Shown one piece after another: positions 36,413-45,420 of a DNA stretch of 64,000 nt. Origin of the DNA: Candidatus Multivoradales bacterium (GTDB lineage: Bacteria; Acidobacteriota; Thermoanaerobaculia; Multivoradales; J023). The stretch lies in assembly GCA_965248925.1 (NCBI GenBank), contig CBDFLE010000006.1, positions 3,401,040 through 3,465,039 of the forward strand, given 5' to 3'. The stretch's first letter is position 1, and each line of letters opens with the position of its first letter. The notes beneath the pieces were generated by a model, which had not been told where the DNA came from, ran no database searches, and saw nothing but the letters and a program-made list of their open reading frames with translations. The position numbers and the translations under genes were made by a program.

Positions 36413-38929
36413 TCAGGGTAGCGAAGACGGACCTTGCCTCGGTGATGGGTACCGTGACGAGCGGTGCGCTGAGCGCTCTTCTACAGAACCTCGCGCCAGG
36501 TGTTCCATCAAATAGCGATGAGCAAAGATGTAACCACCGCCCACCCGGCGTAGTAAGCCGCTGCGGCATTGGTCTTCGAGGAAGTTCACCAGCCTGGCCG
36601 GTACTTTGCCGCGCAGCCGCAGCAGGGCGCGCAAGGAGAGGTGTTTCAGCAGGTCGAAGCCACCGAACCAAAGACTTCCCAAGCCGCCCGCGATCGCGGG
36701 TAGGGTGACTTTCATCTCGCCGAGGCGGACCGCCAGGCGCAGGGGTTGGCCATGCCAGCTCTGTAGCCCGCGCGCTAGCAGGCCGGCGGAGAGAACCGCC
36801 CCAGCCAACAGCAGGCCGCCGACTAGGGCATTGCGGGCTGACAGCCAAATGCCTTGGTTGGGTCGAACAGAGCGCTCGACCCGGCGGCCCAGAAGGCCGA
36901 GCCAGACGGCGCCGAAACAACCTAGCACCAGCATCGCGTGCAGGAATTCCCAGGCCCAGGAGCCTGGTGCGGCGGCGCTGTCAGGGTGGAGGAGATTCAG
37001 CCAGGCGATCACCAAGAGGCGCAGAATCGCTCCCACCAGGGCGCCGAGCAGCGCCCCGCGCAGCGCCTCACGCCACGACCAGACCAATGCCTCGACGGTG
37101 GCGATGTCGCGCTCGGGTCCGCGGTGCCAGCCGTTCAGGCCGAAGATCAGCAGGAAGCACAGGCCGGGTCCCAAGATCGCTGAGAGCGGAATGGTGCCGT
37201 CCAAAGTATTCGACACTTGGCTAGAGATCGCCACCACCAGCAAGACAGAGGCGAGGAGATAGATCGCGGCCGCCCAGCGTCGCCCCGTCAACTGGAGCCG
37301 CCACCAGAGGCTGTCGAGGACGGCGATTGCCAAGCCTCCCAGGACGCCGGTGATCAGCGGCGCTAGCGGAAGCCTGTCGGGGAACCTCTGCCAGTAGACC
37401 ACTAGCCAACAAGTTGCCATCATCAAGCTGGCGGCGAGCCGCGAGATCGCCAGGTAGACCAGCCGTTCCCCGGTACTGTCTAACCAGCTGGGTTGCAAAC
37501 ACTCCAAGTGCAGGATCGACTGGTTGTGATCGAGCATGCTGCGCGCCAACCAGCCGAGCCCGGCGGGCTGGCGGGTGACGCTCTCGCCCCTGCTGTCGCG
37601 GTGTTCAATCAGCCTGTCGATGAAGAGACCGACTAGGGTACGGCGTTCGTCTTCGAGGTCAAGAGGGGAAGATTGGTTGGATCTTTCGACGTAGGCACGG
37701 CTGATCCAGCGCAACATCAGCGGCGAGTCGAGCAGCTCTAGGCGGGGTGAGTCGGGCCGGGTCAATTCGCTGAGGTCGGCACCGGGGTGGTGGGCGCGCA
37801 GAAAATCGATGGCCTGTCGGCTGTCGATGGGTTCTAGCCCCACCGCCGCGCCGAGCCGCAAGGGTCGGTCCGCGCCGTCTTTGCAGGTTGTCGCCAGCCG
37901 GTACTCGGCGCTGCGGCAGGTCAAGGCGACCGCCGCGAAGCCCTGTTGGTTACGAAAGCGGTTGATCGCTTCGACCGACCGCCGTCGGCTGTCGGCGGCC
38001 ACCTCATCGAGACCGTCCAGTAAGAGCATCAGGTGATTGGCGAGCAGCCAGCGGCGGCCGACCGCGGCTGGCACCTGGTAGCGCATGCCGAGCTCTTCGA
38101 CCACCCAGTCGAGCAGCTCACCGCGGCGCCAGGAAGCCAAGCGCAGGACCACCGGGATGGGTTCTGCGAGATCCCCCCGCGCTTGGGCGATGGCGTGCCG
38201 AGCAAGCATTAGCAGGGCGGTGGTTTTTCCGCTGCCGGGTTCGCCGAGGATCAGCAGGGCGCGGCCTGAGTCTTCGAACAGCTGCGGCAACTCGCTAATT
38301 TCTGAACTTTCGCCGACCTCCTGCTCACTCAGTTTCAGCCGCCAGGGCTGAAAGACGGCTCGCGCCAGCCGCCGCATGCGCAAGTCGAGGCTGGGAGTGA
38401 CCAGCGTTTCCTTGAGCAGGCTAACGATCCAGAAGCGCTCGACCTTGTCGAGCAGGATGAGTTGTTGCTGGCGCTCACGCCGATGTTCGCGGCGGCGTTC
38501 GCCACCGTGGCGGCGTTCCTCAGCGAGGTCGTTGGAGAGCACGTTGTCGGCTTGGGAGTCGCTGACCCGCTGGGGAGAAGTGTCGGTGTTGCTTGCTGGT
38601 GCTGGCTGGACCCGTGCCACCAGCCGGTAGCCGCGTTTGGGTACGGTCTGGATGTATTTCGGCTGACGAGCGTCGTCGCCGAAGGCCCTGCGCAACTCCC
38701 AGATGCAGTGAGTCAGCACCGCCTCGCCGACAAACGAATCGCCCCACACCGCGCTTAGCAGTTCCTCCCGTGAGCGGACTCGGCCCTCTTCTTCAATCAA
38801 CTCCAGCAGCAGGGCAGCAGACTTTGGATGCAGGCGTTGTTGGCGATCACCTAGCGTGCCGTAGTCGGTCGACAGCTCTCCAGCGGCGGGGTCAAAGCGC
38901 CAGGTTCCGACAAGAATTTCGCTCGACAA
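36413..38929 (-). CDS. STAND-type regulator: N-terminal OmpR/CadC-type winged-helix DNA-binding domain + NACHT NTPase + C-terminal ~8-TM domain
   Basis: wHTH 'ELLSAVWGDSFVGEAVLTHCIWELRRAF…VPKRGYRL'. NACHT Walker A 'GEPGSGKTT' and Walker B 'LLLLDGLDEV'. Multiple hydrophobic helices in the last ~400 aa. Confidence 0.8.
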   Translation of the reverse strand: MSSEILVGTWRFDPAAGELSTDYGTLGDRQQRLHPKSAALLLELIEEEGRVRSREELLSAVWGDSFVGEAVLTHCIWELRRAFGDDARQPKYIQTVPKRGYRLVARVQPAPASNTDTSPQRVSDSQADNVLSNDLAEERRHGGERRREHRRERQQQLILLDKVERFWIVSLLKETLVTPSLDLRMRRLARAVFQPWRLKLSEQEVGESSEISELPQLFEDSGRALLILGEPGSGKTTALLMLARHAIAQARGDLAEPIPVVLRLASWRRGELLDWVVEELGMRYQVPAAVGRRWLLANHLMLLLDGLDEVAADSRRRSVEAINRFRNQQGFAAVALTCRSAEYRLATTCKDGADRPLRLGAAVGLEPIDSRQAIDFLRAHHPGADLSELTRPDSPRLELLDSPLMLRWISRAYVERSNQSSPLDLEDERRTLVGLFIDRLIEHRDSRGESVTRQPAGLGWLARSMLDHNQSILHLECLQPSWLDSTGERLVYLAISRLAASLMMATCWLVVYWQRFPDRLPLAPLITGVLGGLAIAVLDSLWWRLQLTGRRWAAAIYLLASVLLVVAISSQVSNTLDGTIPLSAILGPGLCFLLIFGLNGWHRGPERDIATVEALVWSWREALRGALLGALVGAILRLLVIAWLNLLHPDSAAAPGSWAWEFLHAMLVLGCFGAVWLGLLGRRVERSVRPNQGIWLSARNALVGGLLLAGAVLSAGLLARGLQSWHGQPLRLAVRLGEMKVTLPAIAGGLGSLWFGGFDLLKHLSLRALLRLRGKVPARLVNFLEDQCRSGLLRRVGGGYIFAHRYLMEHLARGSVEERSAHRSSRYPSPRQGPSSLP

Positions 38930-39163
38930 GATCCACTACCACTCGGTCGCTCATCTGCTTAGGAAGATAAATAAGCTACCACGGGTCATAGCGAGCAAGG
39001 GGTTTGGGGGCTGCTCTTGGTGGTCCAGATATTCCTCAGATGTTGTTCAGAGGACTTTCTGGTCGCCTTGGTTTCCAATTTGAGGCATCCGGTCGCCCGG
39101 CCCGTGGCTTGGCGATCACCCACCCAACGAGGACCCGCTCGCAGGGTCGAATTCAGGAGGTAC

Positions 39164-39454
39164 ATGATGTCCGGAACGATGATCAACGGCTTTGTCAACA
39201 ACCAAGGTGTCGCTGCAACCGGCGACAAATACACATCCGCTCTACTGTCGCCCACCAATCCCTACATGGTGGCCGTGACCTTTAAGAACTCGTTCAGCGC
39301 CAGCAAGCCGCCGATTGGCGTGGCGACGCCGAATGGCAACAGCAACGGTCAGACCTGTTCGATTCAGGTGGCCAACACCAGCCTGACTTTCCAGGCCGAA
39401 GAACCGACGCCCTTCTCTTTCATCGTCACCGACAAGGGACTGGGCTACTACTGA
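39164..39454 (+). CDS. small hypothetical protein (96 aa), beta-rich, no signal peptide
   Basis: Near-perfect RBS AGGAGG 6 nt upstream of ATG. No homologous family recognised. Confidence 0.55.
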   Translation: MMSGTMINGFVNNQGVAATGDKYTSALLSPTNPYMVAVTFKNSFSASKPPIGVATPNGNSNGQTCSIQVANTSLTFQAEEPTPFSFIVTDKGLGYY

Positions 39455-39598
39455 TCCGGGAGGCGGTGGGGCGACCGGGACCCGAGAAGTTCCCGGTCAC
39501 CCCTGCCTTGCTTGCCGGCCAAACCCGCGCGGTCGTAATTTCGTAGCCAGGGAGATGAAGAGCCGCTCATCGACCCGCCGCAATCCTGGAGCCTGAAG

Positions 39599-41017
39599 AT
39601 GCCGATCGCCGCCTGGTTGTTGTTTGCCTCCCTGCAGTTCACCGTTACTGATCCAGTGGCCGAGCCTCCCGCCGAGGGGCGCACGTTCGTCGTGGGCGAG
39701 TTGGTCGAAGGGGTCGAATGTCGCAGCGATCCGAGCCAGACTTACACCCTCTATCTACCCTCGGCCTACACCCATGAGCAGCGCTGGCCGGCGCTTTTGA
39801 TTCTCGACCCTCGCGGCCGTTCGAAGATTGCCGCCGAGCTTTTCCGCCAGGCCGCCGAAGACTACGGCTGGATCTTGATGAGTTCCAACGACACTCGCAG
39901 CGACGGGCCGATGGAGCCCAACGTCAAAGCGCTGGCGGCCCTGTGGCCAGAAGTCCACCGACGCTTCGCCACCGACCCCCAACGGATCTACTCCAGCGGT
40001 TTTTCCGGCGGGGCGATGTTGAGTTGGGATCTGGCGCGGCAGGTGGGTGGTATTGCTGGGGTGATCGCCGCCGGGGGCCGTTTTCAGGGCAGTGAATTCC
40101 AGACCGAGTTGGATTTCCCCAGTTGGGGTGCGGTCGGCACCACCGACTTCAACTACTCCGAGATGCGGCGGGTACATCAGCTCTTCGACCATTGGGGCGC
40201 TCCCGAGCGACTCGAAGTATTCAAGGGAAGACATAGTTGGATGCCGCCCGAGTTAGCCCGGCAAGCGATCGAATGGATGGAGCTGCAAGCGATGAAGCAA
40301 GACCTACGGCCCCGCGACCCGGCCCTGGTCGAGCGCCTCTACGCCGCCGACTTGGATGCTGCCGAGGCCCTGCTGGCCGCCGGCGAGGAGCTAGCCGCGG
40401 CCCGCCGCTTCGCAGCCGTCGCCGCCACTTTCGAGGGCCTACGACCTGTCGAGCAAGTCACCACTCGTGCGACTGAACTCGATCGCCGGCCAGCGGTCAA
40501 GAAAGCGCGCCGTGATGAGAAGCGTTGGGATGCCTACGAACTCAAGCACCGCGACCGCCTCACCCTGGCCATCGGCCACCTGCGCCAGGCCGAGGAGCCG
40601 GTGCTCGCCGCTCGCTTTGCCGCCGAGTTGGGCATCCCCGAGTTGCGCCAGAAGATTGCCCGCGGCGGCTACCAGGCGGTGATGGCGCAGCGGGTGCTGG
40701 AGACTATCTTCACCAACACCTCCTTCTACCTGATGCGCGACTTCTTCCAGGCTGGCGACTACCGCGCCGGGGCGACCGTGCTAGAGGTCGCCGTTGGCAT
40801 CCACCCTGAGCGCCGGGACCTCTGGTACAACCTGGCCTGCGCCCGTGCCCGGAGCGGTCGCCCCGAGCCGGCCATCGACGCTCTTGAGCAGGCCATCGAG
40901 CGGGGGTTTGTTCATCAGAGCCATATTGAGCGGGATGCGGATCTCAAGTCACTGCGGGGGCGGGCGCGGTATCGGCAGCTGATCGATGGGTTGGAGTCAG
41001 CGGGAGGCGGTGATTAG
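39599..41017 (+). CDS. esterase (LpqC/PHB-depolymerase-like alpha/beta hydrolase) with C-terminal TPR repeats
   Basis: 'YTLYLPSAY…WPALLILDPRG' and GxSxG 'GFSGGAML'. TPR-like helices in the last ~200 aa. Confidence 0.7.
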   Translation: MPIAAWLLFASLQFTVTDPVAEPPAEGRTFVVGELVEGVECRSDPSQTYTLYLPSAYTHEQRWPALLILDPRGRSKIAAELFRQAAEDYGWILMSSNDTRSDGPMEPNVKALAALWPEVHRRFATDPQRIYSSGFSGGAMLSWDLARQVGGIAGVIAAGGRFQGSEFQTELDFPSWGAVGTTDFNYSEMRRVHQLFDHWGAPERLEVFKGRHSWMPPELARQAIEWMELQAMKQDLRPRDPALVERLYAADLDAAEALLAAGEELAAARRFAAVAATFEGLRPVEQVTTRATELDRRPAVKKARRDEKRWDAYELKHRDRLTLAIGHLRQAEEPVLAARFAAELGIPELRQKIARGGYQAVMAQRVLETIFTNTSFYLMRDFFQAGDYRAGATVLEVAVGIHPERRDLWYNLACARARSGRPEPAIDALEQAIERGFVHQSHIERDADLKSLRGRARYRQLIDGLESAGGGD

Positions 41018-41646
41018 ATCAGACGCCACTCTTTCAATATTGATATAACCGTTGGCAAGGGCTTCAGCCAAAGCCACTCCACCCGCAGCCAGAATCCCTC
41101 GAGCACGGTGCTGTGAAAGACCCCGTCGGCGTCGACGGGTTGTAGCACAAAGATCGCGGCATCGTCTCGGCGATAAAATTCGGCTTGCTGGCGCAGGGGG
41201 TCAAGGAGCCAGTACTCCTGCACTCCACCTTGCTCGTATTCGTAAAACTTGTCGCCCCGGTCGCGGGCTCGGCTGTCGCGGCTGACGATCTCAACGGCGA
41301 TGTCGGCCGGGCCGGCCAGGTGAGAGTTGCGTAAGCGGTCGGCGTGCTTCTGGCTGAGGAAGAGCACGTCTGGCTCTCTACCGGGGAGATCCGGCGCCGT
41401 CTTCATCTGAAACGGGGCAGGTCGTACTTGCCCAAGTTGCCGGTCTTGGGCGAAGACTCGCAGCAGGGCGGTCAAAAAGGCGACCAAATCTTGATGTGCA
41501 TCAGAAGCGGGCGACAAAACTATGACCTCCCCATCAATCCACTCAGCGTGGACATACTCATCCGCCTGAGCGAGGAATTCCTCATAAGTGACTCTGCACT
41601 CGGAAACAGGGTCTTGCAGATTTTTCAGAGCTTGTGCCACAGTCAA
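41014..41646 (-). CDS. Uma2-family (DUF820) putative restriction-endonuclease-like protein
   Basis: Characteristic 'ADIAVEIVSRDS…D…E…K' PD-(D/E)xK-like core and 'EYWLLDP' tail. Confidence 0.8.
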   Translation of the reverse strand: MTVAQALKNLQDPVSECRVTYEEFLAQADEYVHAEWIDGEVIVLSPASDAHQDLVAFLTALLRVFAQDRQLGQVRPAPFQMKTAPDLPGREPDVLFLSQKHADRLRNSHLAGPADIAVEIVSRDSRARDRGDKFYEYEQGGVQEYWLLDPLRQQAEFYRRDDAAIFVLQPVDADGVFHSTVLEGFWLRVEWLWLKPLPTVISILKEWRLI

Positions 41647-41704
41647 ATTCCACTACGGTCGAGGCTCTATCCTAGCCGATCGTGGCCGCAGGCCCGCCTT
41701 TTCC

Positions 41705-42919
41705 TCAATTCACCCAACTGCCCGCGACCGCCTCCACCGGCTGGTTGGCTCGCCGCCCGGCGAGAATGTCTACCGCTTCGGACAAGCCGTCCAGGGTCAG
41801 CTCGAGCATCGGGAAGACGCTGCGCACCAGCCGGGCGCTGGGGGCGTTCCAGACTCGGGGAGGTTCGGGATTGAGCCATACGGAGCTGGGGCATTTCTGG
41901 CGGATGCGCTGGAGCCAGTCCAGGCCGGTGACTCTGTTGTGCTGGAAAAGGTCGATGGCGCCGCCGACGTGGGTGAGTTCGAAAGGGCTCATCCAGGCGT
42001 CGCCGACCATGATGACTGACCAGCCGTGGTCGATGCGCTTGAGCACCTCGGCAGTGGGCTCGCCGCGGCGGTGGTACATGTCGGTGTAGAGGTGCTCGTA
42101 GACGCAGTTGTGAAACAGGCGGATTTCGAGTTTCTTGAAGTGGTTGGCGGCGTGGGCGGCGCTGAATAAACGCTCGCTGAGGTTGGCGTGGGGGTCCATC
42201 GAGCCGCCGACATCGATCAGCAGCAGCAATTTGAAGCGGTTCTTGCGCTCGGGGCCGAAGATCAGGTCGAGCTCGCCGCCGTTGCGGGCGCAATCGTCGA
42301 TGGTGGCGTCGAGGTCGAGGATTTCGGGTCCCTCGCTCTTGTCCAGGCGGCGCAGGCGGCGCAGTGCCATGCCGATCTGGCGGGTGTCGAGCACCCGGTC
42401 GCTGCGCAGGTTCTTGAAGCGTCGTTGGTCGGCTACTTGCACCGCCGAACGGCCACCACCGCCACCGCCTATGCGAATGCCCGCCGGGTTGCTGCCGCCG
42501 TGGCCAAAGGGCGAAGTGCCGCCGGTGCCGATCCAGCGGTCGCCGCCGTCGTGGCGCTCTTTCTGTTCTGCCAAGCGCTCCTTGAATTTGTCGCGTAACT
42601 CCTCGAAGTCAAGGGCTTTGAGCGCCGCCAGCTCGTCGTCGCTGAGCTTCCGGGGCAGCTCTGGATTGGCCAGCCATTGGAGCAGCTCCTTATCGATCTC
42701 GAAATGGGCTTCGAGGCCGCGGAAGTGGCTGGCGAAGGCGCGGTCGTAGAGGTCGTATTGGGTTTCCCGCTTGACCAGCAGCGCTCGTGCCAGATGGTAG
42801 AAGGCGCCCAGGTCGGCCCGCACATGGCCGGCGGCCAGAGCCCGCATCAGGGTTAGCCATTCGGTCACGCTGACTTTCAGCCCGTGGCCGCGTAGGTGGT
42901 AGAAGAAGTCGGTGAACAT
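41705..42919 (-). CDS. VWA domain protein (CoxE-like partner of MoxR ATPase)
   Basis: MIDAS-like 'LLLIDVGGSMD'. Lies directly downstream of the MoxR gene with a 14 bp gap. Confidence 0.8.
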   Translation of the reverse strand: MFTDFFYHLRGHGLKVSVTEWLTLMRALAAGHVRADLGAFYHLARALLVKRETQYDLYDRAFASHFRGLEAHFEIDKELLQWLANPELPRKLSDDELAALKALDFEELRDKFKERLAEQKERHDGGDRWIGTGGTSPFGHGGSNPAGIRIGGGGGGRSAVQVADQRRFKNLRSDRVLDTRQIGMALRRLRRLDKSEGPEILDLDATIDDCARNGGELDLIFGPERKNRFKLLLLIDVGGSMDPHANLSERLFSAAHAANHFKKLEIRLFHNCVYEHLYTDMYHRRGEPTAEVLKRIDHGWSVIMVGDAWMSPFELTHVGGAIDLFQHNRVTGLDWLQRIRQKCPSSVWLNPEPPRVWNAPSARLVRSVFPMLELTLDGLSEAVDILAGRRANQPVEAVAGSWVN

Positions 42920-42933
42920 GGCTGCTTGGCTGT

Positions 42934-43776
42934 TCAGTGCAGGTGCCGGGCGCGGGTCGCTCCGCGGCGTCGGCCATGCACCGCGTCGAGGTCTTGCTCG
43001 CGCTTGAGCAGCACGCCGAGGAAGGGTAGTTCTTGCTCCATTTTCTCGGCTGCGATGCCGGCTCGGCGCAGCGCCGCGATCCAGTCGATCAGTTCGCTGG
43101 TGGAGGGGCGCTTGCGTACTTCGGGCTGGTCGCGCAGCCAGTAGAATGCGATCAGTACCTGGCGCAGCAGCTCTTCTTCGACCTTGGGGTGATGGACGCG
43201 GACGATCTCTTCCATCAGTTCTTGATCGGGGAAGGCGATGTAGTGGAAGACGCAGCGCCGGAGGAAGGCGTCGGGTAGCTCTTTTTCGTTGTTTGAGGTG
43301 ACCACCACCACCGGCCGTTTTTGGGCGGTGACGATGTCGCCGGTCTCTTCGACCTGGTAGCTCATCCGATCGAGCTCGTGCAGCAAGTCGTTGGGGAATT
43401 CCAGGTCGGCTTTGTCGATCTCGTCGATCAGCAGCACCACCCGCGCAGCGGAGAGCAGGGAACGGCCCAGGGGGCCGGGCTTGATGTACTGGCGGATGTC
43501 GGAGATGTCGCTGTCGCCGAAGCGGGAGTCGTTGAGCCGCTGGACGGTGTCGTAGACGTAGAGGCCGTCGCGGGCCTTACTGGTCGATTTGACGTTCCAG
43601 GCGATCAGTTCGAGGCCGAGATCTTCGGCTATTGCCTCGGCCAGCACGGTCTTGCCGGTGCCGGGCTCTCCCTTGATCAGCAGCGGTTTTTCCAGCGCCA
43701 CGGCAACGTTGACCGCGTCGCGCAGCGCGGGCGAAGCGAGGTAGGAATCGGTGCCGGTGAATTGTTCGAAGGACAT
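42934..43776 (-). CDS. MoxR-family AAA+ ATPase
   Basis: Walker A 'GEPGTGKTVLAEAIA', Walker B 'VLLIDEIDKA', CbbQ/MoxR-like C-terminus. Confidence 0.9.
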   Translation of the reverse strand: MSFEQFTGTDSYLASPALRDAVNVAVALEKPLLIKGEPGTGKTVLAEAIAEDLGLELIAWNVKSTSKARDGLYVYDTVQRLNDSRFGDSDISDIRQYIKPGPLGRSLLSAARVVLLIDEIDKADLEFPNDLLHELDRMSYQVEETGDIVTAQKRPVVVVTSNNEKELPDAFLRRCVFHYIAFPDQELMEEIVRVHHPKVEEELLRQVLIAFYWLRDQPEVRKRPSTSELIDWIAALRRAGIAAEKMEQELPFLGVLLKREQDLDAVHGRRRGATRARHLH

Positions 43777-43839
43777 GCAGCGGCACTGTACCAGTCCGTT
43801 GGCTGAGGATTGAATAGCGCCGTGCCTCAGCGATAGGCT

Positions 43840-45333
43840 ATGCCCATGCGGACTCTGCGCTCGGTACTGTGGTTACTGTTGCTCTTTTCCCTGTTGGTCG
43901 CCGGAGTTTGGTTGACCCGCCATCCCGATGCCGAACTCGTCCACCGGGCTCGGCAATGGCCGCTGGTCGGACCGCTGGCGATGGCATTTCAGCGTGCCTA
44001 CCTGCCACCGCCAGCGCCGGCGCCGCTTCCTCCGGCGGCGGCTGAGAGTTCTACCCCCGGGTCCATCGACCCGCGCGCCGCTAACCCGCGGCAGGTCGAG
44101 CCACGGCGCTTTCCCCCGGACCATCCGCGAGTCTGGGGGCTCAAGGGTATGGAACTCAAACGGCAGCCGACGACCGCCGCCGAGACCGTGCTGACTCTGC
44201 CGGCCAATGTGCGGCTGCCGAAGCTCGACCAGCAGGGCAGCTGGTATCAGGTCTATCGCCAAGGTTTCACCGGCTGGGTGCTGCTCGAGAATTACGACGA
44301 GCAGGCCGAGGTGCCGTTCGGCAACGCGCCCCTGGCTCCGGGGCCGCTGCAGCCCCGTGACGCCGACCCCGAGCAGTTGGCCAGCGCCCGCGAGCTGCTC
44401 GGGCCTACCGGCCGTGAGCTGCCCATGGGGCCCTACACTCTCTACACCGATGTCCTCGATGAGACTCTGATCAGCTACCTCGCTGGACTGGCGGAGCAGC
44501 TCGATGGGGTCTATGCGGCGCGCTACGGTCGTCAGCCGTTGGCTACGCCGCGAGCGGCGCTGGTGCTCTACCGGGGCGAGGGCGGCTACCGTCTGCTCAA
44601 GCGACGTTCTGGCAAGTTGGCTGGCTTGCACGCCGCCGGTCATGCCTCGGGGGGCATGGCGGCGACCTTCGTGGGCCGGCGTTCGGCGGCGCAGGTCGGG
44701 ATCACGGTGGTGCATGAGCTGGTACATCTGGTCAATCGCCGCGCTCTCGGCCCGGCCTTGCCGCCTTGGCTCGACGAAGGGCTGGCCGATGGCCTCGCTC
44801 TCTCTCGGGTCAACAGCGCCGGTGCGTTGCAGCCCGAGCAACTCGGTGGTGAGATTCTGGAGAATGCTGAGCGCCGGACCTTCACCGAAGGAATGTCGTC
44901 CCTGTGGCTAGTCGAGCAGCGTCGGCGGGATGGCCGCCTGCCGCGGCTGAGCACTTTGCTGCGGTTGGATTGGGATAGCTTCGTCGGTGACGAGATCGCC
45001 CTGCACTATGCTTCCAGCGCGCTGTGGCTGCGTTTTCTGCTCGATGGCGAGGGGGGGCGCCGGGCAGCGGCGCTGCGGCGCTTTCTCGATGCCGTGGCTG
45101 CGGGTGGACCCGCCTCCGCCGATCGCCTGCGGCAGGCCATCGCCGAGCCGTGGCCAACGCTGGAAGTCAGCTACCGACGCTGGGTCGAGGAGCTGGCGAT
45201 CGAGCACGGTGTGGCCGCTCTGCAATCGGCTCTTCTGGTCTGCTGTCGGTTCGGGGTGCCTTTTGCTACCATGCCTGAATCTTGGTGGCCACCTGGACGT
45301 GGGCCGGGCCAATTCAGTGGAGAGGCTGGCTAG
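43840..45333 (+). CDS. membrane-anchored putative zinc metallopeptidase (DUF1570-like; HExxH…EG)
   Basis: N-terminal TM anchor and an SH3b-like segment. 'VVHELVHLVN' HExxH motif with downstream 'WLDEGLADG'. Confidence 0.55.
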   Translation: MPMRTLRSVLWLLLLFSLLVAGVWLTRHPDAELVHRARQWPLVGPLAMAFQRAYLPPPAPAPLPPAAAESSTPGSIDPRAANPRQVEPRRFPPDHPRVWGLKGMELKRQPTTAAETVLTLPANVRLPKLDQQGSWYQVYRQGFTGWVLLENYDEQAEVPFGNAPLAPGPLQPRDADPEQLASARELLGPTGRELPMGPYTLYTDVLDETLISYLAGLAEQLDGVYAARYGRQPLATPRAALVLYRGEGGYRLLKRRSGKLAGLHAAGHASGGMAATFVGRRSAAQVGITVVHELVHLVNRRALGPALPPWLDEGLADGLALSRVNSAGALQPEQLGGEILENAERRTFTEGMSSLWLVEQRRRDGRLPRLSTLLRLDWDSFVGDEIALHYASSALWLRFLLDGEGGRRAAALRRFLDAVAAGGPASADRLRQAIAEPWPTLEVSYRRWVEELAIEHGVAALQSALLVCCRFGVPFATMPESWWPPGRGPGQFSGEAG

Positions 45334-45420
45334 TGAGCCGCCAGTGAGCAAGGTGGCCAGCGAACAAGCTGGCGCCGCGACAACCGCCACCGGTTCTGGT
45401 GGCTGGGAAACTCAAAAAGC

